A stretch of 64,000 nucleotides of DNA. Source: an uncultured Candidatus Peregrinibacteria bacterium (lineage in GTDB: Bacteria; Patescibacteriota; Gracilibacteria; Peribacterales; Peribacteraceae). The stretch covers positions 3,007 to 67,006 of the forward strand of contig CAINVY010000011.1 of NCBI GenBank assembly GCA_903854335.1, read 5' to 3'. The position numbers and the translations under genes are program-made. Shown here piece by piece: positions 6,965 to 17,220 of this stretch (position 1 is the stretch's first letter; each line of letters starts with the position of its first letter). A model generated the notes under the pieces. That model worked only from the letters and a program-made list of their open reading frames with translations, was not told the DNA's origin and ran no database searches.

Positions 6965-8902
6965 ATGTCGCTTTGGACGTCCTCGGTGGCTCCGCTTCTC
7001 AAGGGCTTGAATGGGCCGCAATCGACCTTCGATGAGCAACGTTTGCGTGATGCTTTCCATCTCGCGGAGCAGCTCTATCGTGGGAAGGAACATTGGACGC
7101 ACGTGCCTCTCCTCGTTCACGCACTCGGTGTGACGCAGTTGCTCGCGCCATTCGAGCCGGATGAGGATACGATCATTGCCTGTCTCCTTCAGCATGCCCT
7201 CCAGTCCAGGCAGGTATCGTTGTCTGATATCGAGGAGCAGTTCGGCGCGGTGGTGCGCCGACTCGTGTCGGGGGTGCATTTGCTTTCGCACATCACACTT
7301 CGGGAGCGGCGCAATTCCGTCGAGGATCTGCGGGTGATGCTTCTCTCCGTCTCCGATGATGTTCGCGTGATTCTTATCATTCTCTGCGAACGGTGTTACG
7401 CGCTCGATCATCTCTGCCTCGTTCCCATAGAAGAGAAACGACACAACGCGCAGGATGTTCTCAATCTCTACGCGCCGGTGGCGGCCCGCCTCGGGATCCA
7501 CACACTTAAAGAACGCCTCGAAGGATTGGCGTTCCCCATCGTGTATCCGGCGGATGCGGACGGCGTCGAGGATCAGTTGAAGCAGGTGAAACAGCAGTAC
7601 GGATCGTTTCTCTCCGATGCATCCGCGAGTCTCGCGGGGGTGTTGGCAGAGCAGGGGATCGATGCTCGTGTCAGCGGACGCGAGAAACGGCCCTACAGCA
7701 TCTTCAACAAGATGCGTCAGAAGTCCGTGTCGCACATCGACAAGCTTCCCGATCTCTTCGGGCTGCGCGTCATCGTGGACAGCGAGGAGCAGTGTTACCA
7801 AACGCTCGGCCTCTTGCATCGGATGGGCGTACCGATCGCGAATCGATTCAAGGATTACATTTCTTTTCCGAAGCCCAACGGCTATCGCAGTCTCCACACG
7901 ACGATCGCGAAGATTCCCGGCATCCCCGGAGGGATCTTCGTGGAAGTGCAGGTGCGAACCGCTGACATGCATCGCGAGGCCGAGTTCGGTGTCGCTGCGC
8001 ACTGGAGTTACAAGGAGGGCGGGTCGACCGGACAGACCATGCGTCGCGTGCAGCTGAGCCAGGTGCTTACCCAACAGCAGGCACTGGAGGAGGGGGACGA
8101 GAGCGACACGACGCTCGCCGATCATATCTTCGTGCTCACACCCAGAGGAGACATCGTTGAATTGCCCGAGGGCGCGACGCCTCTCGATTTCGCATTTCAG
8201 ATTCATACGGAATTGGGTATCGGTTTCCGCGCCGCACGCGTGAACGGCAGTATCGTCGCGCTGGATTACGAACTGGAGAACGGCGATGTGGTGGAGATCC
8301 TCACGCATCGCTTTCCGAAGCCTTCTCCCGAATGGTTACAGCTGCTCAAAATGGCGTCTTCGAGGTCGCGTCTCAAAGGATATCTGTACGCACTTCATCG
8401 AGATGAATATGTGGTGCGGGGTCGAGAAATTCTCAACGAGGAATTGCGGCGTCTCCACGTTGCTCCATTGGATAACGAACTCACACTTCTCAAGCACTAC
8501 GATGGCAGGGCGCTGACCTTCTCGGAGCGCGAGGATTTGCTGATGAAAGCGGGTCAGGGATCCGAGAAAGTCGGTTCCATTATCCTTCACGTCGATGCGC
8601 TTGCGGCCGTCAGAACGCTTCGATCTCCGCCGAAGGTCTCCCAGAAGAAAATTCGTGGCGATCAAGTGGAAGTGGAAGGGGGCATGCCGATGCCTCTGAG
8701 GTTCGCGAAGTGCTGTAAAGCGAATCTGGGTGATCATCCGGAAATCATCGGTTGCATCACACGCGTCGGGGAAGTGATGGTGCATCGTGCGCGCTGTCAC
8801 ATGTTGAAGAACGCCAATCCTGAGAGACGGGTGCGAGTCAGTTGGGTGGGGGAGAGAGAGCCGGTGAAAGTCGCGAAACGAACAAAGCAGGTCCGACAAT
8901 GA
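6965..8902 (+). CDS. rel: Bifunctional (p)ppGpp synthetase/hydrolase (RelA/SpoT homologue)
   Basis: 645 aa. HD hydrolase region, synthetase motif (YRSLHTT), TGS (FVLTPRGDIVELPEGATPLDFAF) and a C-terminal ACT-like region. Confidence 0.9.
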   Translation: MSLWTSSVAPLLKGLNGPQSTFDEQRLRDAFHLAEQLYRGKEHWTHVPLLVHALGVTQLLAPFEPDEDTIIACLLQHALQSRQVSLSDIEEQFGAVVRRLVSGVHLLSHITLRERRNSVEDLRVMLLSVSDDVRVILIILCERCYALDHLCLVPIEEKRHNAQDVLNLYAPVAARLGIHTLKERLEGLAFPIVYPADADGVEDQLKQVKQQYGSFLSDASASLAGVLAEQGIDARVSGREKRPYSIFNKMRQKSVSHIDKLPDLFGLRVIVDSEEQCYQTLGLLHRMGVPIANRFKDYISFPKPNGYRSLHTTIAKIPGIPGGIFVEVQVRTADMHREAEFGVAAHWSYKEGGSTGQTMRRVQLSQVLTQQQALEEGDESDTTLADHIFVLTPRGDIVELPEGATPLDFAFQIHTELGIGFRAARVNGSIVALDYELENGDVVEILTHRFPKPSPEWLQLLKMASSRSRLKGYLYALHRDEYVVRGREILNEELRRLHVAPLDNELTLLKHYDGRALTFSEREDLLMKAGQGSEKVGSIILHVDALAAVRTLRSPPKVSQKKIRGDQVEVEGGMPMPLRFAKCCKANLGDHPEIIGCITRVGEVMVHRARCHMLKNANPERRVRVSWVGEREPVKVAKRTKQVRQ

Positions 8903-8920
8903 TGTTTTGTCTTCGTATGC

Positions 8921-10180
8921 TTACGGGAACCTCATGCTTGTTTTTATGCGAAGGAACATCACGTCGATTGTTTTCAGCGGCGTGATGTCTTTGAAGTCGG
9001 CGAAGGCGACGGAGGAGTCGACATAGTCTTCCTTCATCATGAGCGTCGATGAGGAGGTCATTGCAATGAGGCAGGTGCGCGTGTATTCGCCCTCGAGCCC
9101 CATCACTTCACACGTGCCCTTTCTGCCGTCGATCGTCACGTTCTCGACCGGATCGGCCGTGGGATGTTCGAAGAAGGACATCGGCTTTTGCGCTGTGTAG
9201 AAGGAAAATATCCAGTCTGCGAAGAGCGGCGTGCAGTGCTCGAAGAGCCCCGATTCTCCGCAGCGTTCATAGGGAAGGACATGGGAGAAGGCGAAGCCAG
9301 AGAGCATGAATGTGCCCCCCGACGTCTGCACCGTCGTCTGGCTTGGCGCGAAAACGTACGGCGGATCGGGCGGGGTGACAGTGATGCCGAGCGTCGTCTC
9401 GAGCGAAAACGGATGCGTGTATCCCATCCCGAGCGGTTCGCCATCCGTCTGTGCCGTCGGCATCACGAAGGATGGTTTGCCGTTTCGAAGTCTATAGATC
9501 ATCTCGGCCATTTCGTTTCGGTGGAGCATCTGTGCGAAGCTGCCTATCGTCGGAGCGGTGATGTTCTTCTTCCTGAGCGCTTCGGTATAGACGCGGTACC
9601 AGATCTGTTCGTTGCCGTAATTGGCATCCTTCAGATTGAGAGGAAGCGAGAAGGTCTTCGCGAGGATCTTACTGGCGTTGGCGAAGTTGATGGAGAGGCC
9701 GGGCTGAAATGTGCCGTCGGGGAAACCGCTGATGATTCCCTTCGCCTTCGCCGCGCAAACATACGGTGCGAACCATGCCGATGCGGGAACATCGGGGAAG
9801 GGGGAAAGGGCACAGGGCGGGGGTTCTTTTTCGCCGCTCCCGAGCCACGCCATCTTGGTGAATTCCGCGCGGTTCACTTCGTTCTTCGGCAGGAAGTTTC
9901 TTGTCGAGGGGTCAGCGGGATTTTGGACGCCCTGCACGATTCCTCTGTCGTACAACCACTGGATTGCGGGATAGTAGAGATCGCAACCGTGCACGTCCTG
10001 ATGCTGCGTGCTCCACCCGATACCGTTGCATCCCGCTGTTGCGTGCGCGACGCCGATGCCGCAGAAAATGATGCCGAGGGAAAGGGTGAGGGAGAGGAGG
10101 GGGCGGGGCATGCTTTGCAGTCTACTCCGGAAAGCAGCAATGTCGTCGTTATCAGCGTCATATCTTCTTTTCTCTTGCAT
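8921..10180 (-). CDS. Secreted SLH-domain protein
   Basis: Signal/anchor segment followed by two SLH-like repeats (YYPAIQWLYDRGIVQG...; FPDVPASAWFAPYVCAAKAKGIISGFPDGTFQP). Divergent from the giant gene with only a 56-nt spacer. Confidence 0.7.
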   Translation of the reverse strand: MQEKRRYDADNDDIAAFRSRLQSMPRPLLSLTLSLGIIFCGIGVAHATAGCNGIGWSTQHQDVHGCDLYYPAIQWLYDRGIVQGVQNPADPSTRNFLPKNEVNRAEFTKMAWLGSGEKEPPPCALSPFPDVPASAWFAPYVCAAKAKGIISGFPDGTFQPGLSINFANASKILAKTFSLPLNLKDANYGNEQIWYRVYTEALRKKNITAPTIGSFAQMLHRNEMAEMIYRLRNGKPSFVMPTAQTDGEPLGMGYTHPFSLETTLGITVTPPDPPYVFAPSQTTVQTSGGTFMLSGFAFSHVLPYERCGESGLFEHCTPLFADWIFSFYTAQKPMSFFEHPTADPVENVTIDGRKGTCEVMGLEGEYTRTCLIAMTSSSTLMMKEDYVDSSVAFADFKDITPLKTIDVMFLRIKTSMRFP

Positions 10181-10195
10181 ATGCGTAAAACGCTT

Positions 10196-10225
10196 CTTTC
10201 AAAATCATCGAAATTTTGGTATAAT
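10196..10225 (+). promoter_or_regulatory. Extended -10 promoter of the giant surface-protein gene
   Basis: TGgTATAAT at 10217-10225, with TTTCAA 17 nt upstream. The ATG at 10237 lies only 11 nt after the -10, so the leader is very short or absent. Confidence 0.5.
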
Positions 10226-10236
10226 GTCTGGGATTT

Positions 10237-13200
10237 ATGTTCCAACCAGTCGATATGTCGCTCCTCCTCTCTCGGCGCAAGCGCATCGCGCTTGGGCTCG
10301 GTCTGATCGTGGTGCCTTCGCTCGTGGCATTCATGATCTTCAACGCCGGACAACACGGCGCTCTCCATAGTGCAGCGCCACTCGGTGCGTCCCTTACTGG
10401 TGACTCCACATGTGACGGAGACGGCAACTGTGAAGTGACAGGCACCGCAAGTCTCGATGGCGATACGACGGTGGCGGGGACACTGTATATCGACAATGGC
10501 GCTTCTCTCAATCTGAATGGACATTCCATCACGGTCAGTGGCAATACCACGAATGAAGGATACATTATGGACATGGTCGGAGGTGGAGTCTTTGGTGGAT
10601 CTATTACGAACAACGCGACAGGAGTGATTAATGAAGGAATATTCACCAGCTCCGTGGACAACTACGGCGGCACCATTGGGGCGTTTCCCGTTACCGATAA
10701 TTCAACCATGACATTCTATGGTTCGGTGACAAATGAAAATTATGCGGACCTCAATCACGGAACCTTCTATAACGGTGTAACAAATACCTCCAATTCCTAC
10801 ATCTCCGGCGGTTCCTTTTCGGACAGTCTTACTGTCACGAACAGCAACGGCGCGCTCATCCAGGGCGGGACATTCGAATCTTCAACTACCATCTATAACT
10901 ATGCCACTATCAATGGTTCCTTCGAGATCGACGGAACCGTGTACAACTATGGCAACATCTCCGGCGGCAGCACGCACTTCACGGGCAGGGTACAAAACAG
11001 CTACATCATTGCCGGTGGCTGGTTCAGCGGCGGCGGGTCGGTGGAGAACGAAACACTCGGAAGCATCACCGGCGGAGCATTCGATACCCCTGTAAGCAAT
11101 TATGGAACCGTGTACTTCGGATATTTCTCGTATCCGGTGCAAAACGGGAATTCCTTTGATTCTTCGGCGTATATCTATGGTGGAACATTCTCAAGCACGG
11201 TCGATAACTATGGGACGATTGATATGACGAGATCGAACGGCCCCACTCCGGATTTCAGCTCCGCCATGGTCACGCGAGAATCCGGCGACACGGTTCTCTG
11301 TCCTTCGGACAATGATCAATGCTTCGCAGAGTATTCCGCATCCACCTCTTCGTCTGATTCCACTTCTACATCATCCTCAGACTCCACTTCTACATCTTCT
11401 TCTGATTCTACTTCTTCGAATTCCTCCGGTTCCATGTATCACTGGATTGGCGGAGATCCGAACACACCGCATGGGTGGAATGATCCCGCAAACTGGTTGG
11501 AAGGCGAAGTGCCCGGGGAATTTGCCGGTGCGGACATCCCCGTTACCGATGGGTATAACCCCTTTATTTGGCAGCAGGATTCTAATGATGGATCGAACGG
11601 TATTACTCTCGGCACCGTGACGATCGAGGACGGGGCGATGATCAAAAGTAACGGTACGATCCATGGGGGAACATTTCATGGAAGAATATTTAATGATATT
11701 TATGGTGTTATTCTTGGAGGGACATATACCGATGTGGATAACTACGGCGAAATCGATATGACGGGAAGCAGTTTCGGTCCCCCGGATTTCAGCGCCGCCA
11801 CCCTGACGCGAGAGAATGGCGATTCGCTTCTCTGCCCCGAAGGAAAAAATTGGGATGTGAATTCCAATCGGTGTGCCGCCCCAACGTTTCACTGGATCGG
11901 AGGCGATACGAGCAACGGATTCAATGCAAACTCTTGGGATAATCCGGCAAACTGGGCGGAAGTTATCAACGCGCCACCTCCAAGCGGAGCAAACATTGTC
12001 ATTGATGGTAATTCGAGCAATTCCCCACTTATTCCTTACGGTTATGCCAATGATAACGTCGGCGGCGTGACGCTCGGCGACGTGACGATTCGAGATACAA
12101 GTTGGGGCATACAAAACATCGGTACCATCACAGACATCACCGGAACATTCACAGATAATTTTACCGGTGATGGCATCGAAAACTTCGGTGTCATCATGGA
12201 TATCAGCGGTACATTTACGTATAGCGGTACTGGTCGCGGTATTTACAATGATGCAGGCACGATCAACCACTTCACCGGATCCTTCGAAAACAGTGGCAAT
12301 GGTATCGGAATCCAGCAGTACGAGGGTGGTTCCATCTACGATATCAGCGGAACGTTTACCAACGATGGTGTATACAATCCTAATACCGATACCACCGGTA
12401 TGGGTATCGATAATATCGATGGCACCATCACGAATATCAGTGGAACGTTCGTTAGTAGGGGTGCTGGCATCGGTATCAACAATGAAGCTGCTGGCACCAT
12501 TGCCAATATCAGCGGGACTTTTAATAATAGCGGGAATGGTATTGGCATTCACAACCACGGCTCTATTGTCGATCTCAGCGGTGGCGGAGTGGCGCATCCA
12601 TCAGGTGGCTTCACGAATAATGGTAATAGCTACATTGTCGAAAACGAAGGCTCCATAGCCGCTATCAGTGGAGCTGTTTGGAATAATAGTTACGGTGTCG
12701 GAATTTACAATATGAATATCATTACCGATATCAGCGGAAGTGAGACAAACTATGGGAATAATGAAGTCGTCGACAACGAAGGCACAATTGTCGACATTAG
12801 CGGAACCATTACAAACATTGGAGGTGGTGCCGGCATCGCCAACAATGGAGGAATTATCGTTAACATCAGCGGATCCCTTGCCAATAATGGTCTTGGTCTT
12901 GGTCATGGTATCGACAATGAATATGGCGTCATCAATAACATCACCGGGACGTTATCCAATACTAGCGGTGGGTATGGCGTATACAATGATGGTGCCGTTA
13001 ACGGCGGAAATTATCCGGTGCTGGTATATAACGCAACTGGGGGATTCATTTATGGTGGAACATTCTTAAGCACTGTCGATAACTTTGGTACGATTGATAT
13101 GACTGGCTCAAGCTACGGTCCTCCGAATTTCGATGTTGCTACAGTTGTACGAGAATTCGGTGATAGGATCATCTGCCCTCTTAGCAATGATCAGTGTGCC

Positions 13201-16200
13201 AGCGCATTTGGCTCTGCTTCCTCCTCTTCCGATTCCACCTCTTCTTCCTCCTCCCCAGTTATTTCTACGTACCATTGGGTCGGTGGAAATACGGATAATG
13301 GCTACAGCGCAGACTCTTGGGATAACCCGGCAAACTGGCTGGAAGCCTCTATCCCCCCAAGCGGAGCGAACGTAGAAATTGGAGCGGATGCAACGAACAG
13401 CCCGGTGATTCCGATTGGTTATTCGAATAGCGAGGATGGAGTGACGCTCGGTGATGTCACTATTATGAATACGAATGGATTTGGTATTATTAACCACGCC
13501 GTCATCAACGACATCAATGGTACTATCACCGTATATACCAACGTTGCTGGTATCGATAACTACGGAACGATTACCGATATCACCGGAACACTCAATAATA
13601 ATATAAACGGCATTGGTATTCTTAATGAAATTGGTGCCACCATTACCAATATCAGCGGATACGTTTTCAATAACGGTAACGATCCCTACAATCAAGGCGC
13701 TGGCATCCTAAACTTGGGAACGATTACCGATATCAAAGGTACGCTTACGAACGTTTACGTCGGGTCAGGCATCGAAAACGATTATGGGGGCACGATTACT
13801 GACATTAGTGGAAGTATTATGAACATTAATAGTGGTATTGGAATTTATAATGATGGCGGAATGATCACGGACATCAGCGGAACTATCACGAATAGCGACA
13901 ACGCCGTTGGTATCGAAAACATCGGCACCATTAGCGATATGAGTGGAACCTTCACCACTACGAGTAATGCGGATGGTATCGATAACTACAATACCATTGA
14001 CGACATCAGCGGTACGCTCAACTTAGACGTGGGCTATCACGAGTCTATGGGAATCTATAACGACAGTTCCGGCATCATCTACGATATCGGCGGCAACGTT
14101 ACCACGAGCGGAGCAGGCATCGGTATTAAAAATCTCGGGACAATGGTCGATATGCGTGGATCGTTTGCCAATGGTTCCCATGTTGGAATCGAAAATGATG
14201 GAATAGTCGTCGATATCAGCGGAATCTTTGAGAATACGGGGGGCGTCACCGGTATCGATAATGAAGGGTCAATGATCGACGTCAGCGGAATTGTGGGGGA
14301 CGGCGGTAATGGATTGGGAGTTTTCAATAACGGCACCATCTACGGAGGTCATTACGCGGGGAGTGTGAACAACGAGAACGGCACTATCGATGTGACAGCC
14401 AACCAAGGAGGAACGGGTCTCCTCGCGGGTACGGCAACGATCAGCGGCGGTAACGTTGCCGTTGAAACGGATGGAACGATTGATATGCGCAATGGGCTTA
14501 TGTTCAGCAGTTTGTCTTCCTTCGTCAATCATCATACGGGTAATGCAAACATCACGTGTACTGCAGGGCTGGTCTGGAATGCGACGTCTCATGTTTGCGC
14601 GGCACAGACTTGCTTGGTCGACACCGATTGTTCGATTGGTTCGCAGTACTGCGCATTCGGCACGTGCAGCAATGGTTGTCGTGGCGGCACCTCCAGCGGT
14701 GCATATCTCTGTAATGTCACCGCCACGCCGCACGCCTACTACACGTCCTGTTCCGGCAATTCCGCCTGTGTGAACGGCGGTTGGTGCGGGCAGGACAGTC
14801 TGTGCCATACAAGCAATACGACCTGTTCTTCCAGTGCCGTCTGCCCCACGGGTGCGATGTGCGGCCAAGACAGCGCTTGCCACAATTCCTGCACTGCCGA
14901 TAGCCAGTGCCCTGCGGGTGGTGCAGCGCCGACGCTGATCAACGTTGGTTCGTACCCCAGAAAAATCGTTCTCTCTCCTGACGGGTTGAAAGCGTATGTC
15001 TTGAACAGCGCAAGCAATACCGTTTCCGTCATCTCGACGCAAAGTAATGCGGTTACGGATACGGTGAGCGTGGGAGCCGGCCCTGCCGCCATAGCGTTTT
15101 CTCCTGACGGAACAAAAGCGTATGTGCTGAATGCAACCGATAAGAGTGTGACGATCTTCAATACGGGCGACACGTCACAGAAGACACTCGTGAGCAACAT
15201 CGGTTCGAGTCCCCAAAGCATTGCTATTTCTCCGGATGGGTTGAAAGGGTATGTCGCAGATGAGGGAGGGGGCTTGAAGATATTTGATACGAGCAATACC
15301 GCAAATAGGTCGTCCGTGAGCGTCACCTATCCCATCAACGTTGCTGTCTCTCCGGATGGATCGAAAATCTTTGTGACGAGTGCGTTTTACGGCTCAATTA
15401 CGATCATTGATGCCAACAATACCGCGAACAGAACCAGCGTGAACATGGGGAGTTATATGGATGCCATCGCTGTAACTCCGGATGGATCGAAAGTGTTCGC
15501 GCTGGATTATGGCGGCAATAGCGTGAAGATATTCGATCCGAGTTACCCCGCTGGCAAGACATCCGTTCCTGTCGGCCAGAGTCCTTCCGGCATTGTCTTC
15601 TCTTCAGATGGGTTGCAGGCGTATGTGTTGAATGGCAACAGCGGCAACATTTCCGTCATCTCGACGCAAAGCAATACCGTTACGAAAACCATTACGGTTG
15701 GCAGTAACTTCGTTGGTATTGCCGTCACGTCGGATAATGCGAAGGCTTATCTGACAAACAATCTGTCCACCGGCCGGGTTTCCGTCATCGATCTTCTTGG
15801 CTACGCCTGTGCCACGGACAACCAGTGTCATCTGCAGAGTTCCTGCACGTCGGATAGCGACTGCTCCGCGAGCAAGTACTGCAGTGCGGGCATATGCGTC
15901 ACGGGTTCCCGTTCAAGCTCCAGCTCCAGCTCTCAATCGAGTCTTGAGTCGCATGACATACAGAGTTCTCCATCGAGCTCAAGTTCCAGCACCAGCTCCA
16001 GTAGTTCTTCCTGCAGTGCGGATGATGAGTGTGCTGCAAATACGTACTGCAGCGCATCGAGCTGCATCGCGGGTTGTCGCACAGGCACATTCCAGGGTGG
16101 CTACGTTTGTGTGAATCACAGCTTCGCGGCTTCCTGTGCGGACAATACGTCCTGTGATGTGAGCGGCGGATACCGCTGCGCCACGGACGGCGCATGCCAC

Positions 16201-17184
16201 GCACTTGCGAGCTGCGGGAGTTCCGACAGCAATTGTCCCGTGAACTATTACTGCGATACCGGGACGCACGCCTGTAGCTCGGGTTGCCGTGCCTCGAGCG
16301 AATGTTCGGCTGGTTCCGTGTGTACGAATCATGTTTGCACCGTCTCGTCTTCCAGCTCCACATCGACTTCAAGTTCTAGTTCCACTTCGACGAGCTCTAG
16401 TTCGAGTTCTGTTACCGTTGCGGAATCTTCTGCCAGTTCTGCTGCGATTGTGAGCGGAGGCGGAGGAGGAGGTGGTGGAAACCGCGGGACGACGGGCGGA
16501 TCGAATGTCACGACGATCGGGGCTTCGGGAGTGAAGGGAGTGAAGGGTGCGAATCAGGATCTCGAGAGTAGCTCCACTTCCTCCTTAAGTGCCTCGGAAC
16601 GTATGGAAGAAAGACGCGAAGCAAGACTCCAGGCGCGTTCTGCGTCTGCTTCTTCCGCTTCGAGCTCCGTTCATGCTGTCGCGACCGCGCAGCCATCGGA
16701 ATCTTCCGCATCTGCCTCCTCGGCAGAGTCAGCTCTGCGCGATGTATCGCAGAGTGCATGGTATGCGCAGGCAGTAACCGAAGCCGTTGCGAAGGGATGG
16801 ATGACGGCTCCAAATGGTATCTTCTCTCCCGCGGGATTCGTGACGGTCAACGATATGGTCAAGGCGCTCAATGCACTTCACGTGCAGAGTCCCTTCCTTG
16901 ATCGTCTGTCGGACACGCGCACCCTCGCGCTCACGAAGGGTGGGTTTCTCCAGATTATCACCGATGCGTTCTCATCCGAGCTTCAAGCTCTCCTGAAGAC
17001 AAAGACGCCGGCGGATACTGCGAGAGTCTGGCATGCCATTCCGGTTTCAGTTTCTCACTACGCTGCCGTGCGCATGAGCATCCTCGCAGGATGGATCTCG
17101 ATGCCGCAGGGAAGCTTCCATGGTCTCGATCCCATCACCCGAGCGGAAATGGCGAAGATCCTCCTGAACGTGGTGGGGCTGTGA
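10237..17184 (+). CDS. Giant (2315 aa) multidomain cell-surface protein
   Basis: N-terminal TM anchor. Three HW(I/V)GG..W(D/N)(D/N)PANW modules of the PATR (autotransporter-associated beta-strand) type at about 11439, 11888 and 13270. Dozens of ISGT(F/I)xN..GxGIxN beta-helix-like repeats. YVTN-type beta-propeller repeats (SPDG.KAYV.N..sntVSVI) at about 14930-15790. Cys-rich modules, Ser/Thr linkers and a Gly8 run. Two C-terminal SLH-like repeats. Confidence 0.85.
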   Translation: MFQPVDMSLLLSRRKRIALGLGLIVVPSLVAFMIFNAGQHGALHSAAPLGASLTGDSTCDGDGNCEVTGTASLDGDTTVAGTLYIDNGASLNLNGHSITVSGNTTNEGYIMDMVGGGVFGGSITNNATGVINEGIFTSSVDNYGGTIGAFPVTDNSTMTFYGSVTNENYADLNHGTFYNGVTNTSNSYISGGSFSDSLTVTNSNGALIQGGTFESSTTIYNYATINGSFEIDGTVYNYGNISGGSTHFTGRVQNSYIIAGGWFSGGGSVENETLGSITGGAFDTPVSNYGTVYFGYFSYPVQNGNSFDSSAYIYGGTFSSTVDNYGTIDMTRSNGPTPDFSSAMVTRESGDTVLCPSDNDQCFAEYSASTSSSDSTSTSSSDSTSTSSSDSTSSNSSGSMYHWIGGDPNTPHGWNDPANWLEGEVPGEFAGADIPVTDGYNPFIWQQDSNDGSNGITLGTVTIEDGAMIKSNGTIHGGTFHGRIFNDIYGVILGGTYTDVDNYGEIDMTGSSFGPPDFSAATLTRENGDSLLCPEGKNWDVNSNRCAAPTFHWIGGDTSNGFNANSWDNPANWAEVINAPPPSGANIVIDGNSSNSPLIPYGYANDNVGGVTLGDVTIRDTSWGIQNIGTITDITGTFTDNFTGDGIENFGVIMDISGTFTYSGTGRGIYNDAGTINHFTGSFENSGNGIGIQQYEGGSIYDISGTFTNDGVYNPNTDTTGMGIDNIDGTITNISGTFVSRGAGIGINNEAAGTIANISGTFNNSGNGIGIHNHGSIVDLSGGGVAHPSGGFTNNGNSYIVENEGSIAAISGAVWNNSYGVGIYNMNIITDISGSETNYGNNEVVDNEGTIVDISGTITNIGGGAGIANNGGIIVNISGSLANNGLGLGHGIDNEYGVINNITGTLSNTSGGYGVYNDGAVNGGNYPVLVYNATGGFIYGGTFLSTVDNFGTIDMTGSSYGPPNFDVATVVREFGDRIICPLSNDQCASAFGSASSSSDSTSSSSSPVISTYHWVGGNTDNGYSADSWDNPANWLEASIPPSGANVEIGADATNSPVIPIGYSNSEDGVTLGDVTIMNTNGFGIINHAVINDINGTITVYTNVAGIDNYGTITDITGTLNNNINGIGILNEIGATITNISGYVFNNGNDPYNQGAGILNLGTITDIKGTLTNVYVGSGIENDYGGTITDISGSIMNINSGIGIYNDGGMITDISGTITNSDNAVGIENIGTISDMSGTFTTTSNADGIDNYNTIDDISGTLNLDVGYHESMGIYNDSSGIIYDIGGNVTTSGAGIGIKNLGTMVDMRGSFANGSHVGIENDGIVVDISGIFENTGGVTGIDNEGSMIDVSGIVGDGGNGLGVFNNGTIYGGHYAGSVNNENGTIDVTANQGGTGLLAGTATISGGNVAVETDGTIDMRNGLMFSSLSSFVNHHTGNANITCTAGLVWNATSHVCAAQTCLVDTDCSIGSQYCAFGTCSNGCRGGTSSGAYLCNVTATPHAYYTSCSGNSACVNGGWCGQDSLCHTSNTTCSSSAVCPTGAMCGQDSACHNSCTADSQCPAGGAAPTLINVGSYPRKIVLSPDGLKAYVLNSASNTVSVISTQSNAVTDTVSVGAGPAAIAFSPDGTKAYVLNATDKSVTIFNTGDTSQKTLVSNIGSSPQSIAISPDGLKGYVADEGGGLKIFDTSNTANRSSVSVTYPINVAVSPDGSKIFVTSAFYGSITIIDANNTANRTSVNMGSYMDAIAVTPDGSKVFALDYGGNSVKIFDPSYPAGKTSVPVGQSPSGIVFSSDGLQAYVLNGNSGNISVISTQSNTVTKTITVGSNFVGIAVTSDNAKAYLTNNLSTGRVSVIDLLGYACATDNQCHLQSSCTSDSDCSASKYCSAGICVTGSRSSSSSSSQSSLESHDIQSSPSSSSSSTSSSSSSCSADDECAANTYCSASSCIAGCRTGTFQGGYVCVNHSFAASCADNTSCDVSGGYRCATDGACHALASCGSSDSNCPVNYYCDTGTHACSSGCRASSECSAGSVCTNHVCTVSSSSSTSTSSSSSTSTSSSSSSVTVAESSASSAAIVSGGGGGGGGNRGTTGGSNVTTIGASGVKGVKGANQDLESSSTSSLSASERMEERREARLQARSASASSASSSVHAVATAQPSESSASASSAESALRDVSQSAWYAQAVTEAVAKGWMTAPNGIFSPAGFVTVNDMVKALNALHVQSPFLDRLSDTRTLALTKGGFLQIITDAFSSELQALLKTKTPADTARVWHAIPVSVSHYAAVRMSILAGWISMPQGSFHGLDPITRAEMAKILLNVVGL

Positions 17185-17220
17185 GATGGGAAGACGAAGT
17201 ATACAAAAAGGACATTGGAA

